Position numbers and translations under genes: made by a program. Positions 1 through 13,300 of a DNA stretch of 64,000 nt are shown here, piece after piece. Positions within the stretch are counted from its first letter, which is position 1, and every line of letters starts with the position of its first letter. Source of the stretch: Oculina patagonica (taxonomy: Eukaryota); NCBI RefSeq assembly GCF_052425735.1, contig NC_135764.1, forward strand, positions 3,658,001-3,722,000, given 5' to 3'. The notes beneath the pieces were generated by a model. That model ran no database searches. It saw only the letters and a list, made by a program, of their open reading frames with translations, and was not told the origin of the DNA.

Positions 1-146
1 AAAATTGTACATGTACATGCCTTTTTGTCCACAAGATTGTTTACTAAAGCTACACATTCTATAATGTCAACAGTTTACTTGTCAGTTATATTCTCTGAGA
101 GACGATTTTAATAAATGCGGTTTCTTGCCACTGATGTCTGTTTTTT

Positions 147-245
147 TCACTAGCCATTTTGGCTAGTGAAAGGCCAAAACCTACTAGCCAAACCTGCATA
201 TTTACTAGCCTTTGGCTAGTTGGCTACCGTTAGTCTCAAGCCCTG
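147..245 (-). mobile_element. Partial copy of a CAGGGCT-terminated non-autonomous DNA transposon (same family as 893-1123)
   Basis: Ends in ...ggctaccgttagtctcaagccctg, the reverse complement of the left end of the element at 893; shares internal ctagcca repeats. Confidence 0.7.
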
Positions 246-249
246 CAGT

Positions 250-665
250 ACATGTGTACTGTTATCAACGGGGTCCTGCTGATAAAAATTAAAAATTACT
301 AAAATTACTAATTATATAATATACAATGAAAATTGTGTAAAAAGCGGATCATGCACTAAGTTAAAAACCTTAAAAAACTACAATTAAATATTAAAAGTAA
401 AAGTCATCCAACGCTTGAATCCTAAATAAAAGTCTAGAGTTAATGTTTCTTAAATTCAAAGGTAAAGAATTAAAAATCGAGGCACCTTTAAAATAAAAAC
501 TATGGCGCGCAAAATCAAGTTTGACTTTGGGCAGTTTTGCTGTTTTCCCGTTGTTTCTAGTGTTGGCGTTATAATGTAATCGTTCAAAGTAATTTTTAAA
601 CGGAGAACACACAGTTCCATTAAAACAATCAAAAACAAAAGAGCATGCTCTCTTTTATAAACAAG
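250..665 (-). mobile_element. 3' remnant of a CR1/L2-clade LINE (C-terminus of ORF2 plus 3' tail)
   Basis: ORF 391-612 reads H-Y-N-A-N-T-R...LPKVKLDFARHSFYFKGASIFNSLP, the typical H.y.TR...SF.y.g...wN.LP tail of CR1/L2 ORF2; frameshifted and truncated. Confidence 0.7.
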
Positions 666-892
666 TTTGCTTACTTTCCAGCAGTGGTTGCTTCACAGAT
701 AAAATCAAGGCCTAGGTGCCCAGATATTTGGGGAGGAACCTGAACTAGAGGGAGTGAGAACTCTATGGAAAGTCACAAGTGGGGGGAAGAAATGTTGGGA
801 AGTGGGAGAAATCTGGAAAACTTTAACAACATTTTTCAACTAATTCCAGTGTTGTTGAATTTCCCTCAATATTTTGTAATAGAGAAAGTACC

Positions 893-925
<33 letters not shown>

Positions 926-1123
926 AAGGCTACTAAAATTTAGGTTTTGGCTACCAGGTTTAGCATTCCTACTAGCCATTTGGCTAGTGAAAAACTCGGA
1001 AAAGTCAACTGTTCTTGATAGAAATCAATGTACCTGACTAGTGAAAAATTACTTTTGGCTAGTAAAATCTGACATGTCACTAGCCAGTAAACCAGTGAGT
1101 TAAAAAGTTAGTCTCAAGCCATG
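893..1123. mobile_element. hAT-like MITE with 5-bp target duplication
   Basis: Terminal inverted repeats cagggctcgagactaac / gttagtctcaagccatg; flanked on both sides by GTACC. Confidence 0.75.
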
Positions 1124-1361
1124 GTACCAAAGGGTGGGAACCAACAAGGAAGGGGAGGGAACTGGGAGTAAAAGGTATTAGAAGAGGGCAGTTCAGCCCC
1201 CCTTGCCCCTTCCGACACATATTGATGTCCCCACTAGGCATTGACTGTTATCCTTGTTCTTTTTTTATCAACCATCATTTTGAGGTTTCTTTGTATTTGG
1301 AGATAATTTTCTATAGTTGAAAGAAAGTCAGAATTTCTGATAACAGGTTTCTCTTTTGCAG

Positions 1362-4300
1362 AATGCAAGATGTAATTCACAGGTTATCCAAGGTGAGGCA
1401 CCTTTGTGATATCATTCTGACTTCTAATTTATTTAAATTATCCGTAGTATAAACAAAGTGCATTTTAGTTCCCTTCCACCTTCAAAACCCTAGACTGTTC
1501 ACAGCCTATCTATTTTTCATCCCTCTCTGCCACCCCCCACCCCACCCTTTTGCGCCTCCTGTTTTGCACTGGTGTCCAGTTCTCTTGCGATTCTTTTCCA
1601 CAGTCTAATTTGCACAGTCTAATTAAACCCACCAACCCAACCCATTCAACATTCAGCTCAATGTTGAGCATCTGACTGTATATGCAAGGAATCACAAGAA
1701 ATGGATAAAGCTATTAAAAGGTAATTTTATTGTTTGTAGCTCCTCAAGCCAGGTGGACTGATTCTATTCAGAGACTATGGTCGATTTGACATGGCACAGC
1801 TCAGATTTAAGAAAGGTTAGCCTTGCTGTTATTTTAGATTTAGCCTTTCTCCTTCATTTTATGAACGTCTCTGTTTTCATTTTTAATCAGCAAGGGTAGC
1901 AAATTCGTGTTTCCATTTATTGCTGTCGTAGGTTGTTGTTAATGCTTATGCCAGGTCTTCTTCATTTGCTTCAACCTTAGTTGCTAACGTCTCTCCTCAT
2001 CTTTCTAGTTGCATCATTTCTTGCTCTGCGACTGAACACTGCGAGCATCTCTTTCCTCAAACAGGAGTTTTCTAATTGACACCCCACACACCGAAAAAAG
2101 TTATTTAATATGGGCCAAGCTGGGTGCAAAAAAGCAATGGACTAATCAGAACTCGAAGTCAATCATGCAACGTGCCAAGCGCGGGAAAAACGCGCGTAAA
2201 CCTCAACTTGATCATTTTATTGTGCTGCTGATTGGTTAAACACACATCACGTCTGCGGCTTTCATTGATTGCAACGCAGTGCACGAATTAAGTACGGTGC
2301 TAAGAACCAAGTACGAACTATCAATGGAGCTCAGGAAACGAAAATCGAACGAAAACCCAAAGCAAATACAAAACAATTGTGTCTCAATTCGTGAAAATTG
2401 CTCAAAGACACGTTATCGCATCTTGCTTTGTTCTTCTTCTGATTTTTTTTGTTGGTTTATCCAGGCCTGTCATTTTAGTCCGGGTATCCTTCTCATGCGG
2501 CACCGGTGGTTGAAAATACAAACAAAACTCTACTTATGGCCACCTTTTCTACAACGGCCAGGTTAACGTTTTACTCTTATTGAAATTTCCGTACAAAGGT
2601 CAGTTAATTCTGTCTCATGTGAGCTGTTAAACAGATTTTTTAATAATCTCTAGTTTTTTCGCCCTCTACAATCTTCTTGCGCTAGTCTGTGCAATACATG
2701 AATACTCACGGGACTCAAGTCTTATTTTTCTCATACGTGCTACTGTTCTCCGGCAAATGTAGGAAATGTCCCATTTTGAAATAACGATGAAGTGACATGA
2801 AGGGACGTGTCGCAAGGGAATGTCGCAGCGACATGTGCAGGGACAAAATCTCAACATCTACACATACAAGAAAATGTTGACAAGGGACACGTTGCAGCGG
2901 CATGTTCCTTATAAAGTATCAGCGCACTCGAGGGGTCGTGCCGCTGGAACATGCCCCCGTTGCTACATTTTCTTGTGTTCGTTTTCTAGTGCCTCTCCAA
3001 TACGATGGATCATATTGGAAAGGCATGTCGCAGCAACATGTGCCCGCACCAAATGGGGGGATAAGTAGTTACGAGGTAGCAGGGACATGGTGCAGTGCCA
3101 CGTCTCCTTGTGATAATGATACTGCTTTTACGCTCATGCAAAGCACGTGAGTTTGTTCCCGTGACATTTCAATTGATGATGGATGTTGCTGGGACATGGC
3201 ACTTCAACATGACCCTTCGTGTGCGGGCACCTGAGAGCCTTATGTCGTTTAACTAAACGACAGCAACCTGGAAATTCTCAAATTTCTCCTTCCGCGCTTC
3301 TCTCATCCTTCGCGCTCCACCCGGGATTGCATAGTAGAGCATTTTACTCTTAACGGCATACCTGCTACCTTGTGTTCCCTGCAGCGCGATTTTTAAAACT
3401 TTTCGACGGAATCGCCTCGCAAGACGTTTGTTCGTATGTCCTTGCATCCTTAAGCTTTTCACTTCCTATTAAACGGGCTCCTTTCATTTTTCAAATACTA
3501 ATTACAAACCATTGTTGGATTTCTTACGATCTAAGGCTTTTTTTTATTCAGCTTCTCGAAGTTTTGTTAAAAATCGTTGCCACGATTGTCCTTTTAATAA
3601 ATAAGTAACTTTTATCTTCTCACTTTCCCAGGGAAATGTTTATTAGACAATTTCTACGTGCGTGGTGATGGGACAAGAGTGTACTTCTTCACACAAGGTA
3701 GAGTAGATATAGAGGTTTTTTGTAACTGCAACTCAGCAAAATGTGTAGCTTCTTTGTTTCAAGGCCGTTAATCAAGAAATTTGCCGTTTCTTAGAAGATT
3801 GAGTGAGCCCGGGTAAGCTCGTTTTAAATACCATGACAACGAGGTTGAGCCTACGGTTGACGTTTCTTGGTGACACGCGGGCAGAGGATTATCAAACATT
3901 CTCGTGCCACTTGCTGATTGGACAGTATTCATGGGGTACACCTACATATGAGCTATACCGTATGTGGCATGGAGACGGATTTTGAAATTCTTGGTTTGAG
4001 ATGATGTAGTCGTCGCAGTTTCACTCTCGAAATGTTCAATGAAGTTTCGCGCGATTTAGTGGTTTTGTATTACACAAAGAAAAAGGTCATTTTCTGTCCG
4101 GGGCAGGGCAGGGTAAAAATAAATTTTTAGCCTGAAATAGAGGGGCTTAGGGGGTACTCTGTGAGCAGTTGGTTTCTCCTATGCCAAACGTTGCGCTACG
4201 TGCACTTCGGTGTAGGAGAAACAACTACTCATAGACCTCATAGGAAAGGCTTAGAGATGGTGGGTACCAGGGCTAAATAGTTCAATGCAAGATTAACCTA

Positions 4301-7300
4301 GTTTGCCAAATTCATCCTTGGCTACTGAGCTAAAATAGGGCGTAAAGCGCTTTCAAGAAAAAAGAGGATGTAAGATCTATGATAGCTTACAATCTCAGAT
4401 TAACATAAATCTGCTTTCATGGGCTTTCGAACACTGAACTTGCATTCCGTTACACTCCTACTGTGGAATTCCCTTCTCCTCGGGCTTTCGCAAAAATCTT
4501 TCCGGCCTTTTATGGTAAAAGGATGTTTTTCCGTTTCAAAACACATACTGTTCTCTGGACTTGTGTGATCGGTCAAAAGTTAAGAATGAAATAATACGCT
4601 TAGTCTTAATGATGGAATTATATTAACTTCCCTTCCTTTTAATCGCCGGCTCTCTTCGCGGAGAGGGTTTAAACGACCCCAGGAGCTGACTAAAATTCAA
4701 GCCATTTGTGTAAAAGCAATATTATCGTCGCTGGTAAAAGAATTAAAGAAGTATGCGAAAGTTTATAGTTAAGCGCATTTCCAATTCTAAAAAATTCCGC
4801 GGACGTGCAAGAAACTTCCTTTTTAGCGATGTGTTATGATTAATGACCTTTTGTGTTCAAAAATTAGAAAATATCCCGATTATTATATAAAATAAAATAT
4901 TATATTATAATATTATAAAATATTATATTAGCTTGCCTTCCTTTCAATCGCCGGCTCTCATTGCGGAGAGGGCTTAAACGACCCCAGGAGCCGAATAAAA
5001 TTCAGGCCATTTGTGTAAAAGTAATATTATCGGCAAAGAATTAAAGAAGTATGCGAAAGTCTATAGTTAAGCGCATTCCAAATTCTAAAAAATTCCGCGG
5101 ACGTGCAAGAAACTTCCTTTTTAGGGATGTGTAATGATTAATGACCTTCTTTGTGTTCAAAAATTAGAAAATATCCCGATTTAAACTAATTTACAAACTT
5201 GAAAAGCTACATTTTTTAAAAGCATGTAACTAGTACAAGGAGAATTCAACCGAACTCTATAAACATAGATGTTTATTGGAGAGAAACACGACCCTCGTGT
5301 GAAGAAAACATGTTTTTCAGAACTTGTTTACTTCAAGTTGGTGTTATCTGGTTTCCGTACGTGCTGGCAAACAGTACAGCAACCTGTTACACAACCGATA
5401 TTGTTGGGCGAAACGGAAATGGGGCATTATGTTTGAAAACAAAGATTTCAGATCAAGAACATTTGACACTGATTTGACATTTGCTTTTCCGCCACACTCG
5501 TACGTGACTGTTTGGTAATGCTGCAATTAAGATAAGTGGAAAAACAACTCTGTAGGTGTGGCGCAGAACTTTCTTTTGACCTCCAACAATGAAAATTCGA
5601 TTAGTGCATTTTAAGGGGCTGTTTGTACGGTCAAGCCTTCGTTAACAAGATGAAAAAGTTATATTTTTGTGAGAAAACGCAGTGCTATACAGTTGCAATG
5701 TATTTTTGTTGGTTTACCCGATCATGTGACCAATCAAAACCAAGCTCTGAGGCGAATTAATTGCACGTGTAGATGTTGGCTCTGTGATTGGCTAAGACGT
5801 CTGGAAATCCAATGGAAAGTTCAATGATTGACAACGCGGGCACGATGAGATTTGTTGTGGTATTTTTGTATTTAATATTCGTGTTCAAAACTTTCAAATA
5901 CAACAAGTTCAGTAATATTAGTTCTCTACAATCCTCTTCTATAATCTTGCTTGACGAATCTGGCGACAAATGAAGCCACTTTTTCTCAAAAGAAGAAAAA
6001 ACTACAACTACCAATAATTTTAATGAAATCCAGGCCTTTAGTTGCAGTGTTCTTTTCGGCTAGCTTATCTTGTATTTGCCGATCCCAACAAATATTGCAG
6101 CTTTAGAAATGGAAAAAGAAATTACCGTCTTATTTCTGTCAGGCTGGAATGAGAAATTAAAAGAGGGTTAACGATATTTTTGTAGCATGAGAAATTGCGA
6201 TCAGTTTTCCAATGTTAAATTAAATTGTTTTCAAGTTTACAAAGTTAGTTTAGCAGTAACAATAAATGAAACACTTGAATGCTCTCACAACATTTATCTT
6301 TCCAGACTTTGAAGGGCTTGCTTCATTTCACAATATCCGAAATATGTAAACAGGGCTGCCCACAAAAATGCAAAACTGCTTAGACGCTGGAGATCTTTGT
6401 CAAGAGATTTTCAAGTCTATCTAGCGTTGAATAATTGATTTTAGAGATTAAAAATCCGAAATGTTTGCAATTCGTGCTCGAATGAACGTCTCGCTTGCGG
6501 TTGATTAAACCTTTTGTTACAAGCACTGTCTGTGATTTCTTTACAGTCCGCTAACGTTGTCAGTAGTTGGCGTTTAAAACCTTATGATAATAGACCGTGG
6601 GTGGAATGAATTTTCGCTGCTAATTAAGGCTACCTTTCAGTAAACGCTTCGCTTGCTTTTTAATTGAACGAAAGGAATTTATTTTTCCAAGGGATGTTGG
6701 CAAGAAGTGAGACCTTATAGTTTTGTAAGTTGACCGATTTAATCTTGATTTTTCATCTTATCCGGATCGGATGATCTCGAATTTTTCCTTTCAGTTTATT
6801 TGCAACTTTGCGGCTGAATTTCCGCACGTTTTAAGTACTTTGAAAATTCCCAGAATTTCTTGTTCCTGTTTACACCGTTCAGGTCGTCTTCGTCAGCAGT
6901 TTTAAAGCAAACTTTAATCTCCGCGAACAAACAGAGCATTGAGACGAACAATGGTGGCATTCTATGTGCAGGTTACTTCATTGGCGAAGGCTGTAAGAAC
7001 ATTAAATTCAGCAGGTGTCGAAAAATAACTTTAAAAAACTCCCGGACATGTCAGGTTAATTTCACGATTACTTCTGCCGTCAAGATTCAGGATTGTTGCC
7101 GTCCCTACGTGATGCTATTTGGCTGATTCATGGCTTAAAGACCCCCTTTAATAATAAGATATTGTATAAGGTTAAATGTTGAATACATTTCGCTGCTAAT
7201 TGGCAGGTTTCTCGAGATAAAATGAAAGCTTTATTGTGTTTTTGATTACCGCACCATCCGTTTGTTCAGCAATCTTATTGATGTTTGTCTGTGTAATCTC

Positions 7301-10300
7301 AGAGCAACTATTCTTTCCCAGTCGTGGGAAGTGAATGTTTTTCTTCGAATTGCTTTCTATAAGTAGGCTATAAAAAGAATCGGAGCTCTCAAGTTTAACC
7401 GCTGTCTCGTAACAGCAGGGAAACCAATTACAAGAGATTGATTGATTCTGACGGTCGCCTGCCCGCGAAGACAAATACATTTCCCAATGGCTAGAGGGGT
7501 TATTATTAGCAGCCCTTTGGAGCGACAGGTTGACGGACGATTCTGATTGGCTGGCTTCGAGACTTAAAATGCCATCATGTCAAAAGAACCTGTTATGAGC
7601 GTACGAAGCTATGGCCTTTATCAAAGACCTTTTCAGGATGCAAGACTTTGCTTTTGTGCGCCACTATCAAAACACATCGCGGTTTATCATGTCACATCTT
7701 TAGCTTCGGTGGCGAATTTTTTACGCCATTCGTTAGATTTTCGCTGATCTTGTTCTTAATAACATGCATTGCTCATTTTTGCTCCGTTAATCGCCAGCAT
7801 TTTCCTTTCTCGTTGGGACATTTCATCACTAATGGTATTCGTTGCTTTGATTAGATTACTTAAACAGGTTGTCTCGGTTGTTATTTATATTGTCTCTCCC
7901 GGGGGGGGGGGGGGGGGAAGGGACGAGATTTAAAAGTGCGCAACAGTTTTCGCTAGTAGACAAATTTCAATTTTTTGATAGCCCGGTTCGTTGCGTTCTT
8001 AAACGAAAAGCGATAACGGTGGGCTTTTATGGACAGAAAGGCATCACTGTTTTCAAGTAGACTGCAGTCCAGGTGTTTTTAAACGAGTTTCCTTAATTCC
8101 GAGATAACTTTCATGCAACAGGTGTTTAGCGCAGTCAAATATCTTCACTGCGATTAACGCGGCACCTTTGTGTGAAATGGCGGCACAAGATTACAGACCT
8201 CACTTTGAATAAAATCTTTATTTAGAAACCATCTCTTTGTACAGTCTACCTGTTTGTCAATATAAATTATAGAATAATAAAACTACTCTGTAATAGCTTT
8301 TATCGATACGAGCCGGGTTTCGGTTTCGAATTTCCTGTTACAGTTCTTCGCGAACTTTCTGCGTAATTAAGCCCTTTAAATTCCTTGGCGAAGTGAATTG
8401 TTGGTTTAGTTGTTATGGTAAAATACTCAGTTGTATCCTCGTTTTTTTGTCTAGCTCTTCTGATAGTTTATCTGTCTTTCTATACTCAAATGTTTTTATC
8501 TTTTTGAGACCAGCTACGCTAAGCTACCGGGTCCAAATTTTGAACGACTATTGTTGACTTATGTTTCAACAAAAACATCAATCGGGAAAAACACCTTAAT
8601 CACAGCAACTGTGATTTTTTTTCTATCGGTGTGCGGTAAGCCTTTTTAGCTTATGACAAGCAGAAGTTACGCTTCGTTTGCGAATCGAAAGCTCTGGAAA
8701 TAGAGTGAATCAGTTTTTGTGAGTCAAGTGCCGTTTCCAGGGCATCCGCTGTCTTCATGCTTCAGTAAAAGCGACATTCTCGAAAAAGATTTCGAGCAAA
8801 GGCTGCAACAGTACTTCTTGACGTCGGAGTGTGTCTGCAAGTGCGCGCGGAGGTTTGATCTGTCGGCGAAGGCTCGCTGGCAGTTTGGGCATTTGTACGG
8901 TTTCTCTCCGGTGTGGGTGCGAATATGTCCTTGAAGTAACCAGGGCCTACTGAACGCCTTACCGCAGATTTTGCACTTGCACGGCAATGTGTGTGTGCGG
9001 ATGTGCATTTTAAGTGCCCCTAGCGACACGTAAAGTTTGTCGCAGTATTTGCAGTGAAACGGGCGCTTGTGATGAGGCTGACAGTGGTATTGCTGGTGTC
9101 GGAGAAGCGATGTGAGGGAAGAGTAATTCTTACTGCACTCTTGACATTGGTAGTTACTTCGCGCTGTTTGCCCTGCGGCAATCTCATTGCCGTTTTCATC
9201 GAGGTTTCTTATGCCAGGTTGTTTTTCCTGAGATTCCGCGACAACGCTCTTTGGAGCTTCTCTTAGCACGGTAAAGCTCGATACTTCGGCTGGATAGGTG
9301 AAAAGTCTCTTTTCCCAGCCGATTTCCGCGGGCATCTGTAGCATTCCCACTCTCTTGATGTGCGGGGTAGCATGTTGAAAATCCTGAATATAACCTGTTG
9401 CGTGTGCAGAAAAACACATGGTATAAATCAGATATTTGGTTTACAAATTTAGCCTGCTGTTAGCAACGCTCGCCAGCGCTCAAAAATTCAGCAAATGAGC
9501 ACGCCTCACAAGCGACCAGCGAAATGACTTCGGGAAAGCGAACAGAAATTGCGAAACCTGCGAGCGAGCGTTCGCTCGAAGTGAAGAATTCTTTTGCGCT
9601 TGCTACCTGCCCGATATCTATGACAAGTGCATCGGGGTAAATACAATAGATTATTCCACTTACCGCTTCCCGGGCTAGCAATGATCACATTCGAAGGCAG
9701 TTTCTTGAGCTTTTCGGTCTTCTTCTTGACCAGAAATGCTTTCGGCATTTTTCGCAGGGCAAGTTAGCTATAGTTGTCAGAGAGCACTTCGCTGGCTGTT
9801 GTTGTGAGTTCAGAACGTGTTCCGCTCAACGTACAGTTGGGCAGTTGTGAGGGCGACTCTACTCGTCTCCGCTTCAGCCGCATTTATTGGCTGATTCACC
9901 GTGACGTCATCTGTCAGGTGTAACACATTATTATAACTCCTTGGTGTGAAGCAGCGCCCGGGGGGCAGTCGTACCGTATTTGGAAACCCGGGTAAAAACC
10001 CCATTAAGTTCACACCCTGTGCTTCAGCGAGTCAATAAAAGGCGTAATTAACTTGAAGCATGCGTTGCGTCTCGCCCTTCCTTCGATTTGAAGTAGTTCA
10101 AACCAAAGGAAATTCCAAGGTCGTTAGAAAAGATTTAAGCCTCACAGCAAATCTGCTCTTGTTTGAACTGAGGAGCAAAAAACAACAGGTGACGGGAGTT
10201 CATTACCATTGTTCAGCCATTGTTATGATTCGAAAGTCAATACAAGGGTATAATTAACTAACTCGAACAATAACACCTCAATACATGTCGCGGTGCAAAT

Positions 10301-13300
10301 CAAAATCAAACAGTATCGTCGATAAACTCGCTTCAGGCAAAAATTTGCATTTCAGCCGCGTAATAACAAAAGTTAATGATGCTATCCGGCCAAGCGCTTG
10401 TTTAACCGGCATGAGCGGTGAATAAATCTGTTATCAAAACTCTTCTGGTTTCCATTCCCGGCTGATTAGATATTCTGGCGGTGTAGGTTTTCCTTGGCAA
10501 GGGACAAATTTTGCTCTCTGTAAACCTTAGCAGGTGACTCAATAATGAGACTCAATCAATAATATCGCGTCGCTTAAAAAAAATATCTTAAGGCCAAGAT
10601 TACAGAGACTTGTGGTGTGAATATTACATTTCGACATCGCAAGTTCACCATAACAACATTCCAAGGTTAATTTGTTGAAACGAAATGATCATTTCGTGAA
10701 CTCTCTTAGCAACAAACAACCTGTTTTTAAAGGAATTTTTGAATTACCAAGGAGAAAGCGTCTCTTTGAAAGAAGCTATCCATCTTAATCTCATTTCCGA
10801 ACAACAATTGCCTAACGGTTGGGTTTATAGGTCTTTATAATCTTAACTTTCACCGGACGTCGATGGAGAATCGTTCATACTTTTAATCCAGGCTTTTTGT
10901 CGCAGGATTACGTGGAAAATCAGCGGAATCAAGGCTGTTTTTTCCTTGTTGATATTCTTAGAACAATGAAAGGAATTTTATTTGCAATCTACTTATATTG
11001 TGGACGTTGTTGGAGATAAGAACCTGTCGTTTCTATAATGGAAAAAATGTTGCTTGCTCTTCAGCGGGTAACTCGATCCGAAATTCCAGCGAAATTATTT
11101 GGACCTGCCCCACTTTTCTTTTTATAGAATTTATGTCCGTATTTAAAGTGTTTTATTTTTTATGTGGGAATAGTATTTCTTGGCTCAAGTCCCATTCCCA
11201 AGGCTAAAAAATTTTGGGAGAGCAAAGTGCGCGTGAGAATTTGTAAGACTGAAGTTGTTTTTGTCACGTTTGTCGCTCAATTTTCCTGTTCAACGTCTTT
11301 CCCGTCAATGACCACGAAGTTCATTTCAATATTTCTTCCTTGGTATTTTTCTCTGCGAAGTTTCAAGCGTTTAAACTGAAAATTGAAATGATAAACAGTT
11401 TGTTTTTAAAGGCAAACTTGGTCAGTTCGGAAGAAGTGCGAGTTGTTTGTCCCTAAAAAGTGAAATGGTTTCTTCGGCTTGTGATCGGAGTGCTTGTGTT
11501 TTGTCCATGCGTTTTGTGTACATGAAAAAATGAATAATGAATAAAATGGTATCCGGATTTACAAGATTACAAAATAGTGAAATGAGAAGTGGTGTGGTGA
11601 GCTTGAATTATAATCGGCTGTATCGAAAAAAAAATCGCGCCCGCCGGGGAGACTCGTCAATTTCTAGGGCACAGCGGAAATAAATGACCGAAGTGACCTA
11701 ACAGGCAACCATCACGGCTGTTTAGCTACGATAAAAGCTCTTATTTCATTCAATACAACAGAAGTTAATTCTTCAAATGATCAGTCAGCTGAAATGAGTG
11801 ATGAATATTAGTGATGATTCTTTATGAAGGGTTTGAAGGCTTCAGGAATTAGCACTAGGGCGTTGCTAAGATATTTGCAATTCGCTTTTGAAACTGAAGG
11901 AAGTCATAACGAGTCTTTTGAGAGCTGATTCCTTTTAATCTAGTTGCCCTTTTTACGCCGAATTAATTGGATGAAAAGATTCCAGAATTAGCCATGACGG
12001 CAGGGCAATAGTTCTTCCTTTATTCATCGGACGTGCTTCGACAGTCTTTTCGAGACAAAAATGTTTTCTTTACATGTAATGACTTCCTATTTCCCTTTTT
12101 GTGTATGGACAAACAATCAATTTGTGAACATGACGCTATGCATTCAACCAAGGGTGCCCCTGCTTGTTTTTAGACGCAAGTGTAATCTTTTGTTTTCAGA
12201 TAGCAAGGTTATTTTCCTTTGTAAAACAATCGAAACACAATCAACGCTATTTGCGACCTGCTCTACGGACTATAAAATCAAAAACACCTAATTTCACGTG
12301 ATTTTGTGATGAGATCAAATTAATTTTAAATTATGATGAAATACTTCGCCTCTTGGAACATTTCTCGCATGGTTTCTCAGTCACTAGGTTTTAAACGATT
12401 TTAAAAAAGTTATTAATTTATCCGGCTTCAGTTGTAAACGCCACTTTTGAATACCAGGTGTCTCAAGCAGCGTGAACGCTGCCGAAAAAATGCGCCGCGT
12501 TCGTGCATGAGGGCGTCTTATTGTGTTTTCTCCATTTTGTAAAAAGAAGAAAAGGCTCTCGCAGGCAGCGAGTCGCTTGGGTTTTTAAAAAAATAACAAT
12601 TAATTGTCTTAGCAGCAAACATAACTAAACTTGCTGTACGCTTTTTAGCGTTGTGTATCTCAAAACTAAACTGTCGCCGTTTGTTAAGTTGGTCAAAAAG
12701 CGTGCTTGTTACTATTAAATACGAAGGGAAACGAATTTAATTGACCTTCGTCAGGGATGAGCATTTTGATGGAATGAAAAAAAAAATGATTACCCGACTG
12801 CTTATTGAGGACTTTGACCAAAAATTTAAATCTTGTGATTGAAATGTCCCCACGAGGAAAAAAAATTAAATGGAATAAAAACATCAATCCGGCATAATGA
12901 GCCTGCTGTGCGATTATCCTTAGCATCAAACATGGCAAGCTCTCTGTCTATTGTTACAGAGAAAAAAAAGCAACGCTTTGACCTGCTTTAAAATGGGTCA
13001 CATTTAATACTTTGTTGTGGTTTCTTACGTTGCCTACTGTTCGTGGTATGATGTTTGGCATACTAGTCATTTTGGCAGTCTCCGTGAGTCATTTTTGCCT
13101 GTTGTATTGATTTCTTTCTTTTGCTTTTCCTGTTTTGAAGAGAATCCGTTTGTTTTCATGTAAAATTAAATTTGGAACCGTCCCCACTTTTCGTATATTT
13201 GCCTCATTGATTGATCTATCTCTTGCGTCAGTGATTGTCTGGTTCAGTTTGCTTTTTAGACTATATCTGGCAAAAAATAGATGTATTGCTGGCGTACTTG

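Noticed and set aside
9460-9681. 73-aa ORF and possible 46-nt mini-intron within snail
   Set aside because: That splice path hits a stop at 9460; the 269-bp intron gives a clean SNAG-to-zinc-finger frame.
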